Source of the DNA: Octopus vulgaris | Taxonomy: Eukaryota | Length of the DNA: 64,000 nucleotides | Reading direction: 5' to 3' | Assembly (NCBI GenBank): GCA_951406725.2 | Contig: OX597814.1 | Coordinates: 166,780,001-166,844,000, forward strand | Made by a program: the position numbers and the translations under genes | Shown here: piece after piece, positions 1 through 11,945 of the stretch | Layout: each line of letters opens with the position of its first letter | Numbering within the stretch: position 1 is the first letter of the stretch | Notes under the pieces: model-generated | Database searches by the model: none | Seen by the model: the letters and a program-made list of their open reading frames with translations, nothing else | Told to the model about the DNA's origin: nothing

Positions 1-531
1 GTAGTATCTTACGAATAAACTTAAATTTAATATCTAATAATATAGAAAATTACGATAATTAGATCATTATATAAACAACGATATTTACATAAGGAGAATA
101 TTATTACTCCAAAGACTTATACAATATTAAAACTTACAATTTGAAGATCTTAAATAAATACATACTTATCTTAGCGAGGTTTAGCAATGAACTACAATTT
201 TGAATCGGAAAACGTCTTTACAGCGTTTATAAGAATACTCGTGGAATTACGTTATTAGCAAAAAAAAAAAGAATAAATTGTTGAAGAATTCATTACGCGT
301 GAGGAACCTACGTTTTATTAATGATTGTGAATGGGAAAATTATTTGTTTATCATTGTAAATAGAATGAAGTCACAAATAAAGAATAAAATCTCTCTATAC
401 TATAATATTTATTAATAAAATAACTATGATAAATGAAACTTAATACAAAATAAATTAAATGATTTAAATGATTAAAAACCACTAATTATTAAATATATTC
501 TAAATATATTCTAAATATATATATATATATA

Positions 532-632
532 TAATTAGAAAGAACCACCTTTTATCAATTCAAAATGAACAATTAGATTTAATTGCAATTTAATTGTTCA
601 TTTTGAATTGATAAAAGGTGGTTCTTTCTAAT

Positions 633-634
<2 letters not shown>
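532..634. repeat. Perfect foldback hairpin (44-bp arms, 15-nt loop) embedded in (TA)n
   Basis: 532-575 TAATTAGAAAGAACCACC...GAACAATTA is the exact reverse complement of 591-634; (TA)n on both sides. Confidence 0.9.
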
Positions 635-694
<60 letters not shown>

Positions 695-799
695 CTTGAG
701 TATGACTTTAAACTGCATCCGGTAGATAGGGTTAGCTTCGGGAGTTCCAAACTTTTGAGAAGTGAGGAACTACCTTTACGCCACTACTGTTTCCAGGTA

Positions 800-870
800 T
801 TCTTCTTCTTCTTCTTCTTCTTCTTCTTCTTCTTCTTCTTCTTCTTCTTCTTCTTCTTCTTCTTCTTCTT
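800..870. repeat. (TTC)n microsatellite
   Basis: Direct reading. Confidence 0.97.
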
Positions 871-889
871 TGTTATTTGGCGATCTTTA

Positions 890-1060
890 CTCCGGTGTCA
901 CGTAAAAAAATCACCCAATATACTCTGTAAAGTGGTTGGCGTTAGAAAAGGCATCTTGTAGAAAGCATGCCAAAGAAGACAATGGAGATTAATACAGCCC
1001 TGTGGCTCGTTGGATCCTATCAAACCGTGCTATTCATGCCAGTGTGGAAGATGACTGTTA

Positions 1061-1093
<33 letters not shown>

Positions 1094-1160
1094 GGTGGTG
1101 GTGGTGATGGTGGTGATGATGATGATGATGATGGTGACGGTGGTGGTGATGGTGATGATG
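890..1160 (+). mobile_element. 3' part of a SINE-like element with (GAT)n/(GGT)n tail
   Basis: GTGGTTGGCGTTAGAAAAGGCATC...CATGCCAGTGTGGAAG followed by a trinucleotide tail; similar tail at about 21490-21565. Confidence 0.5.
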
Positions 1161-1279
1161 AGGATATATTCTTTTATTCCTATACTTGTTTCAGTTATTT
1201 GACTGCGGCCATGGTCGAGCACTGCCAAAAGGGGTTTTAGTCGAAGAAATCAACCCCACATATATGTGTGTATGTGTGT

Positions 1280-1344
<65 letters not shown>

Positions 1345-1784
1345 GGTCGAGTCAGTGTCTTAAGTATGCTGGGTTTCACCTGTAGATATACAGAGTACTA
1401 CCAAAAGGAGAATCAAAAATCCTTCCCGAGTCATTGGAGAGAGAGAGAGAGTGGGAGAGAGAATAGGTAAGAGGGAGAAGGATGGGAGGATGAAGGGATG
1501 AACGACAGGGAAATTAAAATGAGAGAAACATTAAGATATTTGATGTTAAATAAGTTCACGTCGAATTAGCGGTTGTGCCAAAAAGGTCTCGTACCCGTCA
1601 TTTTAGTAACGAACGGGATTTTCTCCCCCGAAAATATTCATGTGGTACCAAATTTGCTGATGATGCATTTAGCAAATATTTTAACCCATATTTAAGGATA
1701 GTGTTCAACTCTGACTTTTCAATGATATATCTTGCTTTGTTTTTTTGCGTGTGTGTGTTTTTAAATTAATGCTAGTATTTAATA

Positions 1785-2362
1785 AGTCTTTCTACAATAG
1801 GCACAAAGCCTGAAATTTGGCGGGTAAGGGCTTCTCGATTATACTAATTACTGTGCTCACCTGGTACTTATTTTATCGACTCGGCGGAATTTGAACTCGT
1901 TCGATATGCCTCTAAGCATTTTATCCGGTGTGCTAACGATTCTGCCAGCTCACTCACTTTAATAGTTGTTTCAAATGTTGACACAAGGCCAGCAATTTCA
2001 GAATAGGAGATAAGTCGGTTACATCGGTTCTTATTTCATTGACCCCGATATAATGAAAGGCAAAGATGACCTCGGTGGAATTTGAACTCAGAACAGACGA
2101 AATGCCTCTAAGCATTTTGCTCGGCGTGCTAACAATTCATATTTCTTTATTACCCCCAAGGGGCTAAACATAGAGGGGACAAACAAGGACAGGCAAACGG
2201 ATTACATCGACCGCAGTGCGTAACTGGTACTTATGTAATCGACCCCGAAAGGATGAAAGGCAAAGTCGACCACGTCAGAATTTGAACTGAGAACGTAGCG
2301 GCAGACGAACTACTGCTAAGCATTTCGCCCAGCGTGCTAACGTTTCTGCCAGCTCGCCGCCT
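1785..2362 (-). mobile_element. Three adjacent SINE family B copies
   Basis: Repeated reverse complement of GGCGAGCTGGCAGAA...GTTCAAATTCC...GTCGACTTTGCCTTTCATCCTTTCGGGGTCGAT. Confidence 0.85.
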
Positions 2363-2715
2363 TTCTGACATTTAATACTGAAAGGATTTATACAACGGAA
2401 GTATTCGATAATGAAACTATTAATGCCCTTGAATCAAATCCTCGATATCCTTCCATATTTAAAGTTGCTGACTGTAAATCGACGGGAACCGTGCTCAACG
2501 GTAGTGTCAAATGGATTAATGATAGCAATAAAAAATTTAATTAAAAATTATGATACCATATTTAATTAAAATGGATAGCATTGCAATATTAATATTATTT
2601 ACAAAATAATGGAAAATTTACATGTAGCGATCATTGTACCAAATGTTCTTTTATCAAAATATTCATAAACTGCAAGTTCTCTCAAATGATTTCTCTGTTT
2701 CCTGGCGAGCGGCAT

Positions 2716-2788
2716 GATTAATTAGCTCAGTTGAGAGTGCGTTAAATCGATCACCTGAAGGTCTCTGGTTCAATCCTGAGTCTTCGAA
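2716..2788 (+). pseudogene. Degenerate tRNA-Phe-like pseudogene
   Basis: TAGCTCAGTTGAGAGTGCGTTA...AAGGTCTCTGGTTCAATCC is colinear with metazoan tRNA-Phe(GAA) as recalled (TAGCTCAGTTGGGAGAGCGTTAGACTGAAGATCTAAAGGTCCCTGGTTCGATCC); acceptor stem and anticodon arm are broken. Confidence 0.7.
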
Positions 2789-2954
2789 ATTTTATGAGGT
2801 TTCTGTATTTTTCTTAAAAGTATTACTGATTCAGATTTTTTTAGTTTGATTTATTTACCGAGTGTGATAGAAGAGTGTGTTTCACTTACAAACTGTATCT
2901 ACATATCGCAGCATAGTCATCGTTATAATAATAGCACACACACACACACACACG

Positions 2955-3013
<59 letters not shown>

Positions 3014-3128
3014 CAACAATTGAGGGTAAAATTAATTAATTATTAATCAATATCACCAAGTGTTCAGTATGCAAAGGGACCATTTAAGGCGAATTCAAAT
3101 TATTCAAATTCAATATAATGTAATAATT

Positions 3129-3176
<48 letters not shown>

Positions 3177-3259
3177 CAATTGCAGCGTCGAATGTGTTTA
3201 TAAGACATTTAAGAAACACACAAAAACCGTTAGATTCACTTCAACATTTAAATTTAATT

Positions 3260-3306
3260 TGCCAAAATATTTTCGTCGCTTTGAGACCGCGACCTGTTCA
3301 CTGACA
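3260..3306 (-). ncRNA. Minimal type I hammerhead ribozyme motif with G3-C8 swapped core
   Basis: Reverse complement reads UGUCA-GUGAACA-g-GUCGC-loop-GCGAC-GAAA-AUAU-UU-UGGCA: 5-bp stem I, 5-bp stem II, palindromic minimal stem III. Confidence 0.65.
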
Positions 3307-3505
3307 GAATTCCTTGTTGTATCTCGGAATTTTGTCAGAAGGGAAGACGGAGAAGAAAATCGCCAACGATATATACATATATATTTATATACATATATAC
3401 ATATATACATATATATACATAATTATTATTTGATGGAATAAAATCCAAACTTACAAGGAAAAAAATTCAATTTAGAAATACTAAATCAAATTTCACACAA
3501 TATAA

Positions 3506-3848
3506 TATATACATAAAGAATTAGAAAAAAAACACCTTTTATCAATTGAAAATGAACAATTAAATTACACCATCTAGAAAATTACATATAATAGAAAAAT
3601 TAAAATTAAATAACAATAAAATGTAAAGATTAAATAAATTGCAAAAAATAAAAAAATTCCAAAAACAACACGTTTTTCTACCTATTTATACGTTTTTAAT
3701 TATTATTTTTGCAATTTACTTAATCTTTACATTTTATTGTTATTTAATTTTACCCTTTCTATTATATGTAATTTTCTAGATGGTGTAATTTAATTGTTCA
3801 TTTTGAATTGATAAAAGGTGTTTTTTTTCTAATTTTTTATACATATAT
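3506..3848. mobile_element. Foldback element (about 140-bp inverted arms), longer relative of the 532-634 hairpin, in (TA)-rich flanks
   Basis: AATTAGAAAAAAAACACCTTTTATCAATT...GCAAAAAATA vs reverse complement at about 3702-3848; outer arm is a close variant of the 532-575 arm. Confidence 0.85.
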
Positions 3849-3912
3849 ATACATATATATTTATATACATATATACGTACATATATAAATATATATATAC
3901 GTATATACACAC

Positions 3913-3962
<50 letters not shown>

Positions 3963-6039
3963 CGCACACACACAAGTATATTATTAATAAAAAAATTAAT
4001 AATATTAGTGGCTATTCACAGCGTCAACTGTGCAAGCAAATTTTAAAACATTTTAATTCTCATCTCTTGCCCGATTTGTCACCATGCGTGTTCATAAAGT
4101 GAGCTCTCTGTGGCTTCCGAGGTCATTTGACTTCTATTTCTAGCTAAGCTGGTACTGTTTCAGTACCACCATATGTGTGTGTGTGTGTGTGTGTGTATTA
4201 ATCGAAGTGTACAGTATTATAAATATCCATTACATTTGATCTTATCAATCGGTTTCGTACAAGCGGGTCAACGAAGTGTTAGATAACAACCGAATAATGT
4301 AACCCTGTGCTCTTCAGAGATGGTAGTTATGGAATGAAATATGGCGACTCCTCTCTATTGTTGGAGGTGAAAAGATACGTCCAGTTTGTGATTGCTGTGA
4401 AAGAGACGACGGAACGAATCGGACAAGGTTAAGTTAAACGTTTTGTCCCTTGGCATCAGAAAACCGCTTGTAGGGGTGTTGTTGCAAGGCAACAAGAGTT
4501 TTCTAGAAAAGTGCATATGGCAAAAGTATGTATGTTTTAGGTTTGGTGTTCTTGTAGAGTTGGAATGCATGCAGTGGTACTATATATATAGCTTTTTGGC
4601 GGAGTGAATGGACGCAAATCCGTATATGCATATGTGTGTTCATTTGTGTTTTTTTTTTTTTTGTCAATTACCAGCCCTTCAACTTCGGCCCTCTCACCAC
4701 TACACCTGGGAAGCCGGCAAAGACCTTGACCAGAACATTGACGAACGCACTCACAGACACACACGCGCCATTGCACGGCGGACATCTGCCCAACATAGCC
4801 TTTCCCACCTCAAGTATAAGCCCCTTAACATATTGTACCCCTACATACACTCAATATCTACATAAATGCTCTAGAGAATTTAACCAAAGAATTTAACCAA
4901 AGCATAAGCAAAAGAAGTTTTTAAAAGTCATAATCTGGTTCTGTATTTCTTTTGTACCCATTTTTTTTTTGTTATCCCTGCCGTTTCTTTTGTTGTTTTT
5001 ATTGTTTATGCTGTCCTTCCTTAAGTCCAAGTCTATTCCAATAGTGAGACGTAAGACAGTTTATCACGAGTGGGTAAGGCCGTAAGGAGACGCACAGATT
5101 TCAATAATGAAGTTGGTTTTTAAACCTTTGAAAACTTTTCCAGTTCTCCTTCGGAAAACGAAGAATTACATTAATGTAAGCTTTATTTTGTTTTCACATT
5201 TAAAAAAAAGAGAGAAGAGAAGATATAAATTTTAGTTCACTAATATTTTGCGGGATATCTGGTATTTGTTATTTTGATAACGTCTGACCTAAGGCACGTA
5301 AATAGAGGGCTGAATGATTTGCTACGAACCCATGATTATATATATATATGCACATACATTTGTCATTCGACCGAATTTCCAGTTATCATACTTTCTTTTT
5401 TGAAGCAAAATGTATCTAAAACTACATTATTTAGGACTACATTATCATTTTCGTTTGAAGACGAATGTGTTTGATTAAAGGGCGATTTATCTACTGTTTT
5501 CAATATAGGTCTAACGACTTCGTATATGTTTCTTCATTGGCTCATAGCCTAGTTAGTTTTCTTCGTAAGTTTTAAAGAACCCTTAATGAAGTCTTATGGT
5601 GTCTATCATCCACTTTTATAACTATTGACGAGCGAATCTAGAAAACAATTTCAGTAACTTTTGTGTATAATAATCATACTTCATTCTGTTATCTACAAAG
5701 AGTGTAATGTTATATCGTGTGATGTTAACAAATAAATGTCAATTGACTCATTTAAAGCCAGTTTAGCGGAATCTAGATGGCACGATGAACAAAACATAAG
5801 TTAATAATCACGGAAAAGTTTAACATAGACTAACAATCGATTTTCCTTTGAAGACTAGATAAGAAAATATTGAATGGGCAAAATAATGATCGGCGAGAGG
5901 ATGCAAAGATCGTTGAAATCAATTTGATGACATAGCGGTATCGCGTTTTGGAAATATTAACATAGGTGTCGGTATGGCTGTATGATTGGGAGCATTGAAA
6001 GTTCGTATACAGAAATTATACAGGAGCTTGTTGTATATA

Positions 6040-6205
6040 TGTATGTATGTATGTAAGTATGCATGTATGTATGTATGTATGTATGTATGTATGTATGTAT
6101 GTATGTATGTATGTATGTATGTATGTATGTATGTATGTATGTATGTATGTATGTATGCATGTATGCATGCATGTATGTATGTATGTATGTATATATGTAT
6201 GTATG
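6040..6205. repeat. (ATGT)n microsatellite
   Basis: Direct reading. Confidence 0.95.
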
Positions 6206-6207
6206 TA

Positions 6208-6613
6208 GGCGCAAGAGTGCCTGTGTGTTAAGTAGCTTGCTTACCAATAACACGGTCCCGGGTTCAGTCCCACTGCGTGGCACCTTGGGCAAGTGTCTTC
6301 TACTATAGCCTCGGGCCGACCAAAGCCTTTTGAGTGGATTTGGTAGACTGAAACTGAAAAGAAGCCCGTCGTATATATGTATATAAGCATATGTATATAT
6401 GTGTGTGTGTGTTTGTGTGTTTGTGTTTGTCCCACCAACATCGCTTGACAACCGATGCTGGTGTGTTTATGTCCCTTGTAACTCAGCGGTTCGGCAAAAG
6501 AACCGATAGAATAAGTACTAGGCTTACAAAGAATAAATCCTGGGGTCGATTTGCTCGACTAAAGGCGGTGCTCCAGCATGGCCGCAGTCAAATGACTGAA
6601 ACAAGTAAAAGAG
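6208..6613 (+). mobile_element. SINE family A (tRNA-like head, internal microsatellite), full length
   Basis: GGCGCA..GTG.CTGTGTG.TAAG (A box), GGTTCAGTCCC (B box), CCTTGGGCAAGTG, tail GCCGCAGTCAAATGACTGAAACAAG; about 20 copies in window. Confidence 0.9.
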
Positions 6614-6860
6614 TATATATGTATGTATGTGTATGTGTGTACGTATGTGTGTATGTAGTATGCACTAATGCATGCATACATGTATACATGTACGTTTGCA
6701 TGTATGTGCATATATATATATGCATGTATATATATATATATGCATGTATGTATGTATATATGTATATATGCATATATGTGTATATATATTTATATATATG
6801 CATGCATATCTATCTATTCACACACACACGTATATATGCACACACATATAAACATACGTA

Positions 6861-7173
6861 TAACTTGAGGGTAGGAATGAATGTTACAGAAATTTAGATC
6901 ACAAGAGATCAATAAAAGATCGATCGAAGAATGTTTATAATGGTTGTGATATACATTGGTATTCTCCTGGAACATTTATGACTCCGTATTATCTTCCGAA
7001 GATGGGATGGATTGCCACTAAAATGCTGGCCACGGACTCCTTGCAGGGAATGGCACCAATTGCATATCTATTCTCGAAACAGCTGTAAGGTAATACGTGC
7101 ACATCTTCCTTATCTAGCTTTAGATTCTACCTACGTTAACCTGCCATAGCCTACCATTTCTACCCTCAAGTTA
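6861..7173 (+). mobile_element. Small element bounded by 19-bp inverted repeats, containing a hammerhead-like motif
   Basis: TAACTTGAGGGTAGGAATG (6861-6879) vs CATTTCTACCCTCAAGTTA (7155-7173), one mismatch. Confidence 0.65.
6985..7097 (+). ncRNA. Hammerhead-like motif with 10-bp stem I, U4C core and long stem II insertion
   Basis: CGUAUUAUCU-u-CCGAAGA-[stem II GGGAUGGAU/AUCUAUUCU plus insert]-GAAA-CAGCUG-UA-AGGUAAUACG. Confidence 0.6.
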
Positions 7174-7487
7174 CATCAATGCATACGTAAATGTCATAAT
7201 CTGACCTAATACCACTCGTTTACCTGTTTGTACCATTATACATGTACTTGTTTGAATGAGACGCTGCCTAAAGCTGATCTTCAGTAGATAGCTTTAAACG
7301 TCGTCGTCGTTGGCGTCCCCATCAGAGGAGAAAGGCAGTTGTATTACCCTGCATTAGTTGCAGTTCAAGCTTGAGTTTAGGTAGGAAGTCTGTTTAGCAC
7401 TAATTATATGTATGTCATCAAACATGAAACTTATACGTATGCATATATACAGACTAGTGTATATGCTTGTGTGTGTGTTTGCTTGTG

Positions 7488-7621
<134 letters not shown>

Positions 7622-8029
7622 TCTGCAATGTCGCTCCATCACGACTAAACTGGCAACACCATCAAGCCTACTTGTTGAATAAGATGATCTTTGGATACTC
7701 TGCCGAATGAAAAGCATGTCAAAGAACGTCAAAGTGTGGATAAATTGACGAGTTGATATGATTGACAAAAAGCTTCTAAAGTTTTGTTTGGCATACTATA
7801 TTTGTCTCTCAATTTAACACCTCCAGCTGGTGATTGGGTGCCTTCAGCGAAGTTCACTCTTCTCCAAGCATTTGGGCCAGTCTCCAGTTTGAGGATACCT
7901 TCCTCTTTTTCTCAGAGTCTCGAGGGCTTAATGAAGGTTCTCGATCACTGCTTTCCCGCCTAATTAAACGAAACATTTTCTTTTATTTACTTCTTTTCTT
8001 TTTTTTTCTTGTTGCGGCAGACGAAATAC

Positions 8030-8180
8030 CTAATTCTTTACTACCCGCAAGGGGCTAAACACAGAGAGGACAAACAAGGACAGACAAACGGATTAAGTCG
8101 ATTATATCGACCCTAGTGCGTAACTGGTACTTAATTTATCGACCCCGAAAGGATGAAAGGCAAAGTCGACCTCGGCGGAC
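8030..8180 (-). mobile_element. SINE family B, partial
   Basis: Matches 8590-8819. Confidence 0.85.
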
Positions 8181-8589
8181 CTATCTACCAAACTGAAAAT
8201 GAGTATTACAGAGTAAAAACAACTTACAGCTCTAAACAGCTACAGTCACGGAAAACATACGAGTATATTCATAGGCTTTTTAGCGGAATCGAGTCCAAAT
8301 TACATTCAACGAATTAAAGAGGGAAGCTTTTCCTTTTCCTGTTTTTGGTTGTTCGATCTTCCAGTACGTAAACACATTTCCGATAATTAACACTAAGCCA
8401 TTTTAAGAAAGGAAATACAAATTGGATAATTTATTCTCGATACAATATTTCTTGAAAAAATTGGGGAACGATCACGACCGCAATGCTTTTAATCATAGGT
8501 CTACTCGATCCAAGAAACCAAGTGCTAAAGAATTACAACAACAACATTCGTTTCTAGGACACCTATTGCCAACGTTAAAGCAATATACC

Positions 8590-8819
8590 TATTTCTTTAC
8601 TACCCACAAGGGGTTAAACACAGAGAGGACAAACAAGGACAGACAAACGGATTAAGTCGATTATATCGACCCCAGTGCGTAACTGGTCCTTAATTTATCG
8701 ACCGCGAAAAGATGAAAGGCAAAGTCAACCTCGGCGGAATTTGAACTCAGAACGTAGCGGCAGACAAAACACTGCTAAGCATTTCGCCCGGCGTGCTAAC
8801 GATTCTGCCAGCTCGCCGC
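8590..8819 (-). mobile_element. SINE family B, full length
   Basis: Reverse complement GCGGCGAGCTGGCAGAATCGTTAGCACGCCGGGCG...GAGTTCAAATTCC...; near-identical copies at 9198, 55927, 58043. Confidence 0.9.
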
Positions 8820-9197
8820 AGAATCTCAAAACTATGGACACATAAATTACCGCATTAACCAGTAAAACTTTGTGATGCGTATATAGCACAGTGCGTCCAT
8901 AAGAGATATAAACTCATGGTACTACAGTAATTGGGGTATCAATGATGTTTATACATTTAGTATGTTACATAGATGACTATTTTAATTTAAACACCGCCTC
9001 AATTGCATATACCGGATTTATATTCGGTCGAGCAGCTGTTCGCAACGCCAGTGAATGTTTTATTCTTTGTTTTCTACATCAGAAGCGACGAACTCCCGTC
9101 CAGATAAGTGGCTAGCTGCGAATACACATCATTGAAAAGACTCCAATCGGCCGAAATGCATCTGGTGTTCTCATTGGTGGCTGCTGGGAGAATGTAT

Positions 9198-9429
9198 CTA
9201 TTTTTTTACTACCCACAAGGGGCTAAACACAGAAGGGACAAACAAGAACAGACAAACAGATTAAGTCGATTATATCGACCCCAGTGCGTAACTGGTACTC
9301 ATTTAATCGACCCCGAAAGGATGAAAGGCAAAGTCGACCTCGGCGGAATTTGAACTCAGAACGTAACGGCAGACGAAATACCGCTAAGCATTTCGCCCGT
9401 CGTGCTAACGTTTCTGCCAGCTCACCGCC
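9198..9429 (-). mobile_element. SINE family B, full length
   Basis: As above; GCTGGGAGAATGTATC occurs on both sides (about 9183 and 9432), consistent with a target-site duplication. Confidence 0.9.
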
Positions 9430-9527
9430 CTGCTGGGAGAATGTATCGTCTCCATTTGATATTTATTGTTTTTAACACTGCACATCTATAAAATATGTTA
9501 TCTCAGGATAAATACCGCTGTAATTGG

Positions 9528-9573
<46 letters not shown>

Positions 9574-9575
<2 letters not shown>

Positions 9576-10373
9576 TAGCAGCATAGCCCGGCGTTGCCCG
9601 GGTATGTAAAAGCCCTTAGTTGGCAACGACTAATTCCAATCTAGTCCTTTCCCTCTAGGGAACGAAGGCGCATGTGTAGGTTGCAACGCCTTCTCTTCAC
9701 TCCCAAATAACTATCAAACAGCTATCGATAATTCAACCCAACCAATTCCTACCAGGAAGAAATTACATTCGAGACTTTACCCCCAACTTCTGCTAATAGC
9801 TGCTGCAGCCGCAAGTTATTCGAATACTTTTTTTGTTTACACTTTCTTTATAACTACCACCCCAAACGTTTTATCTTAAATTTTTGACGTACCCTAAGGG
9901 TCCTCGGACGCTACTTGCAAACTCTTGGTTTATTATAAACCGCTTTTGTCGTGTGCATCAAAAAACCTTTTCCATTCGTTTGTTCAGTTTGGTCACTTTT
10001 GACTTTTTCGTTGCTGTCACTCACATTGCTGCCCGCTTTTTTGCCGTTTTTGTACATTTTTATACATTTTGGGATACTTACCCCACGTGTTCCGAGAGTT
10101 AAAAAGGTCGAGTTGCGTCCCCTAGACAGTCTGTAGAAAATGTGTTACATATAAAAAGCTTAGATTCTCGACCCATGTCGAATTTATCGATTTTTTTTCA
10201 GAACTGGGGGAACTTTTCAAAATTTTCGCTGCGTTAGTTTTGAATTATGACATTGGGCTACGTGTGTGTCAAGTTTCATCAGAATCGGTTGAAAGCCGTG
10301 GTCAGGGTGAGGGTACAACCTGACAGACACACAGACACACAGACAGACAAACTGCCGTTTATATATAGAGAGA
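9574..10373 (+). mobile_element. Helentron-associated/DINE-1-like non-autonomous element
   Basis: Starts ACTAGC...CCCGGCGTTGCCCGGG hairpin; ends AAGTTTCATCAGAATCGG...(ACAG)-like repeat...TTTATATATAGAG, the HINE/DINE-1 architecture. Confidence 0.7.
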
Positions 10374-10409
10374 TGTATATATATATGTGTTTGTGTGTAC
10401 ACATATACA

Positions 10410-10581
10410 GCAGGAGCGGCTGTGTGGTAAGTAGCTTGCTTACCAATCACATGATTCCAGATTCAATCGCACCTCGTGGCACCTTGGGCAAGTGTCTTCT
10501 ACTATAGCCTTGGGCTGACCAAAGCCTTGTGAGTGGATTTGGTAGACGGAAACTGAAAGAAGCCCGTCGTATATATGTATA

Positions 10582-10631
<50 letters not shown>

Positions 10632-10835
10632 TGTGTCTGTGTTTGTCCCCCCAACATCGCTTGACAACCGATGCTGGTGTGTTTACGTCCCCGTAACTTA
10701 GCGGTTCGGCAAAAGAGACCGATGGAATAAGTACTAGGCTTCCCAAGAATAAGTCCTGGGGTCGATTTGCTCGACTAAAGGCGGTGCTCCAGCATGGTCG
10801 CAGTCAAAATGACTGGAACAAGTAAGAGTAAAGAG
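10410..10835 (+). mobile_element. SINE family A
   Basis: Matches 6208-6613. Confidence 0.9.
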
Positions 10836-10878
10836 TATACATATGCGTGTGTACATATATATACTCACAGAGGGTGGA

Positions 10879-11256
10879 GGCGCAATGGCCCGGTGGTTAG
10901 GGCAGCAGACTCGCGGTCGTAGGATCGCGGTTTCGATTCCCAGACCGGGCGTTGTGAGTGTTTATTGAGCGAAAGCACCTAAAGCTCCACGAGGCTCCGG
11001 CAGGGAATGGTGGTGATCTCTGCTGTACTCTTTCACCACAACTTTCTCTCACTCTTTCTTCCTGTTTCTGTTGTACCTGTATTTCAAAGGGCCGGCCTTG
11101 TCGCTCTCTGTGTCACGCTGAATATCCCCGAGAACTACGTTAAGGGTACACGTGTCTGTGGAGTGCTCAGCCACTTACACGTTAATTTCACGAGCAGGCT
11201 GTTCCGTTGGTCGGATCAACCGGAACCCTCGTCGTCGTAACCGACGGAGTGCTTCC
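10879..11256 (+). mobile_element. SINE family C (tRNA-derived head)
   Basis: GGCGCAATGGCCCGGTGGTTAGGGCAGCAGACTCGCGGTCG...GGTTTCGATTCCC (tRNA-Arg-like head); CACTCACAGAGG/TACTCACAGAGG on both flanks suggests a TSD. Confidence 0.85.
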
Positions 11257-11653
11257 ACTCACAGAGGAGGAGAAAGAGAACATCGTTGGAATGACATGCA
11301 ACAAAAAAGATAATAGTTATGGAAATCAAATTCTTCATTCGTGATTGTTAAATCTTTGTGATATGAAAGTTCTTTAACAAATGACTGTGAATATAGTAAA
11401 CTAAAATTAGATTAATACTTTATTCATTAAACCTAAATTACATCAATATTTGATGATATTTAATAATGTAAACTAAATTGAATTAATATTCAATTGAAGT
11501 GTGTAATTTCTCGTGAAAAAGCTAATTACTTGAAAAATAACTTCTTTTAACAGCTTTCTATAAGAGATGAAACATTGGTATAACATTAATAATCGAAAGA
11601 ACGAATAATATAAAAAGTAATTCCAACGATACTAATCATACACGTGACTTTGA

Positions 11654-11671
11654 ATAATGATAATAATAATA

Positions 11672-11730
<59 letters not shown>

Positions 11731-11744
11731 CATAATCATAATGA

Positions 11745-11812
<68 letters not shown>

Positions 11813-11869
11813 ATAACAACAATGATGATAATAATAATGATAATAATAATAATGATAATAATAATGATG

Positions 11870-11927
<58 letters not shown>

Positions 11928-11945
11928 TAATAATAATAATAATAG
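11654..11945. repeat. Compound (AAT)n(AGT)n(AAT)n microsatellite
   Basis: Direct reading. Confidence 0.97.

Noticed and set aside
5957-6451. Recurring peptide FSFRLPNPL..LWSARGYSRRHLPKVPRSGTEPGT
   Set aside because: Antisense reading of SINE family A, not a gene family.
7250-7310. Hairpin TAAAGCT...AGCTTTA after TGAATGA
   Set aside because: Lacks GAAA and stem III; not a hammerhead.
10879-10950. tRNA genes at SINE C heads (also 28219, 50485)
   Set aside because: They lack a proper acceptor stem and continue into SINE body sequence.
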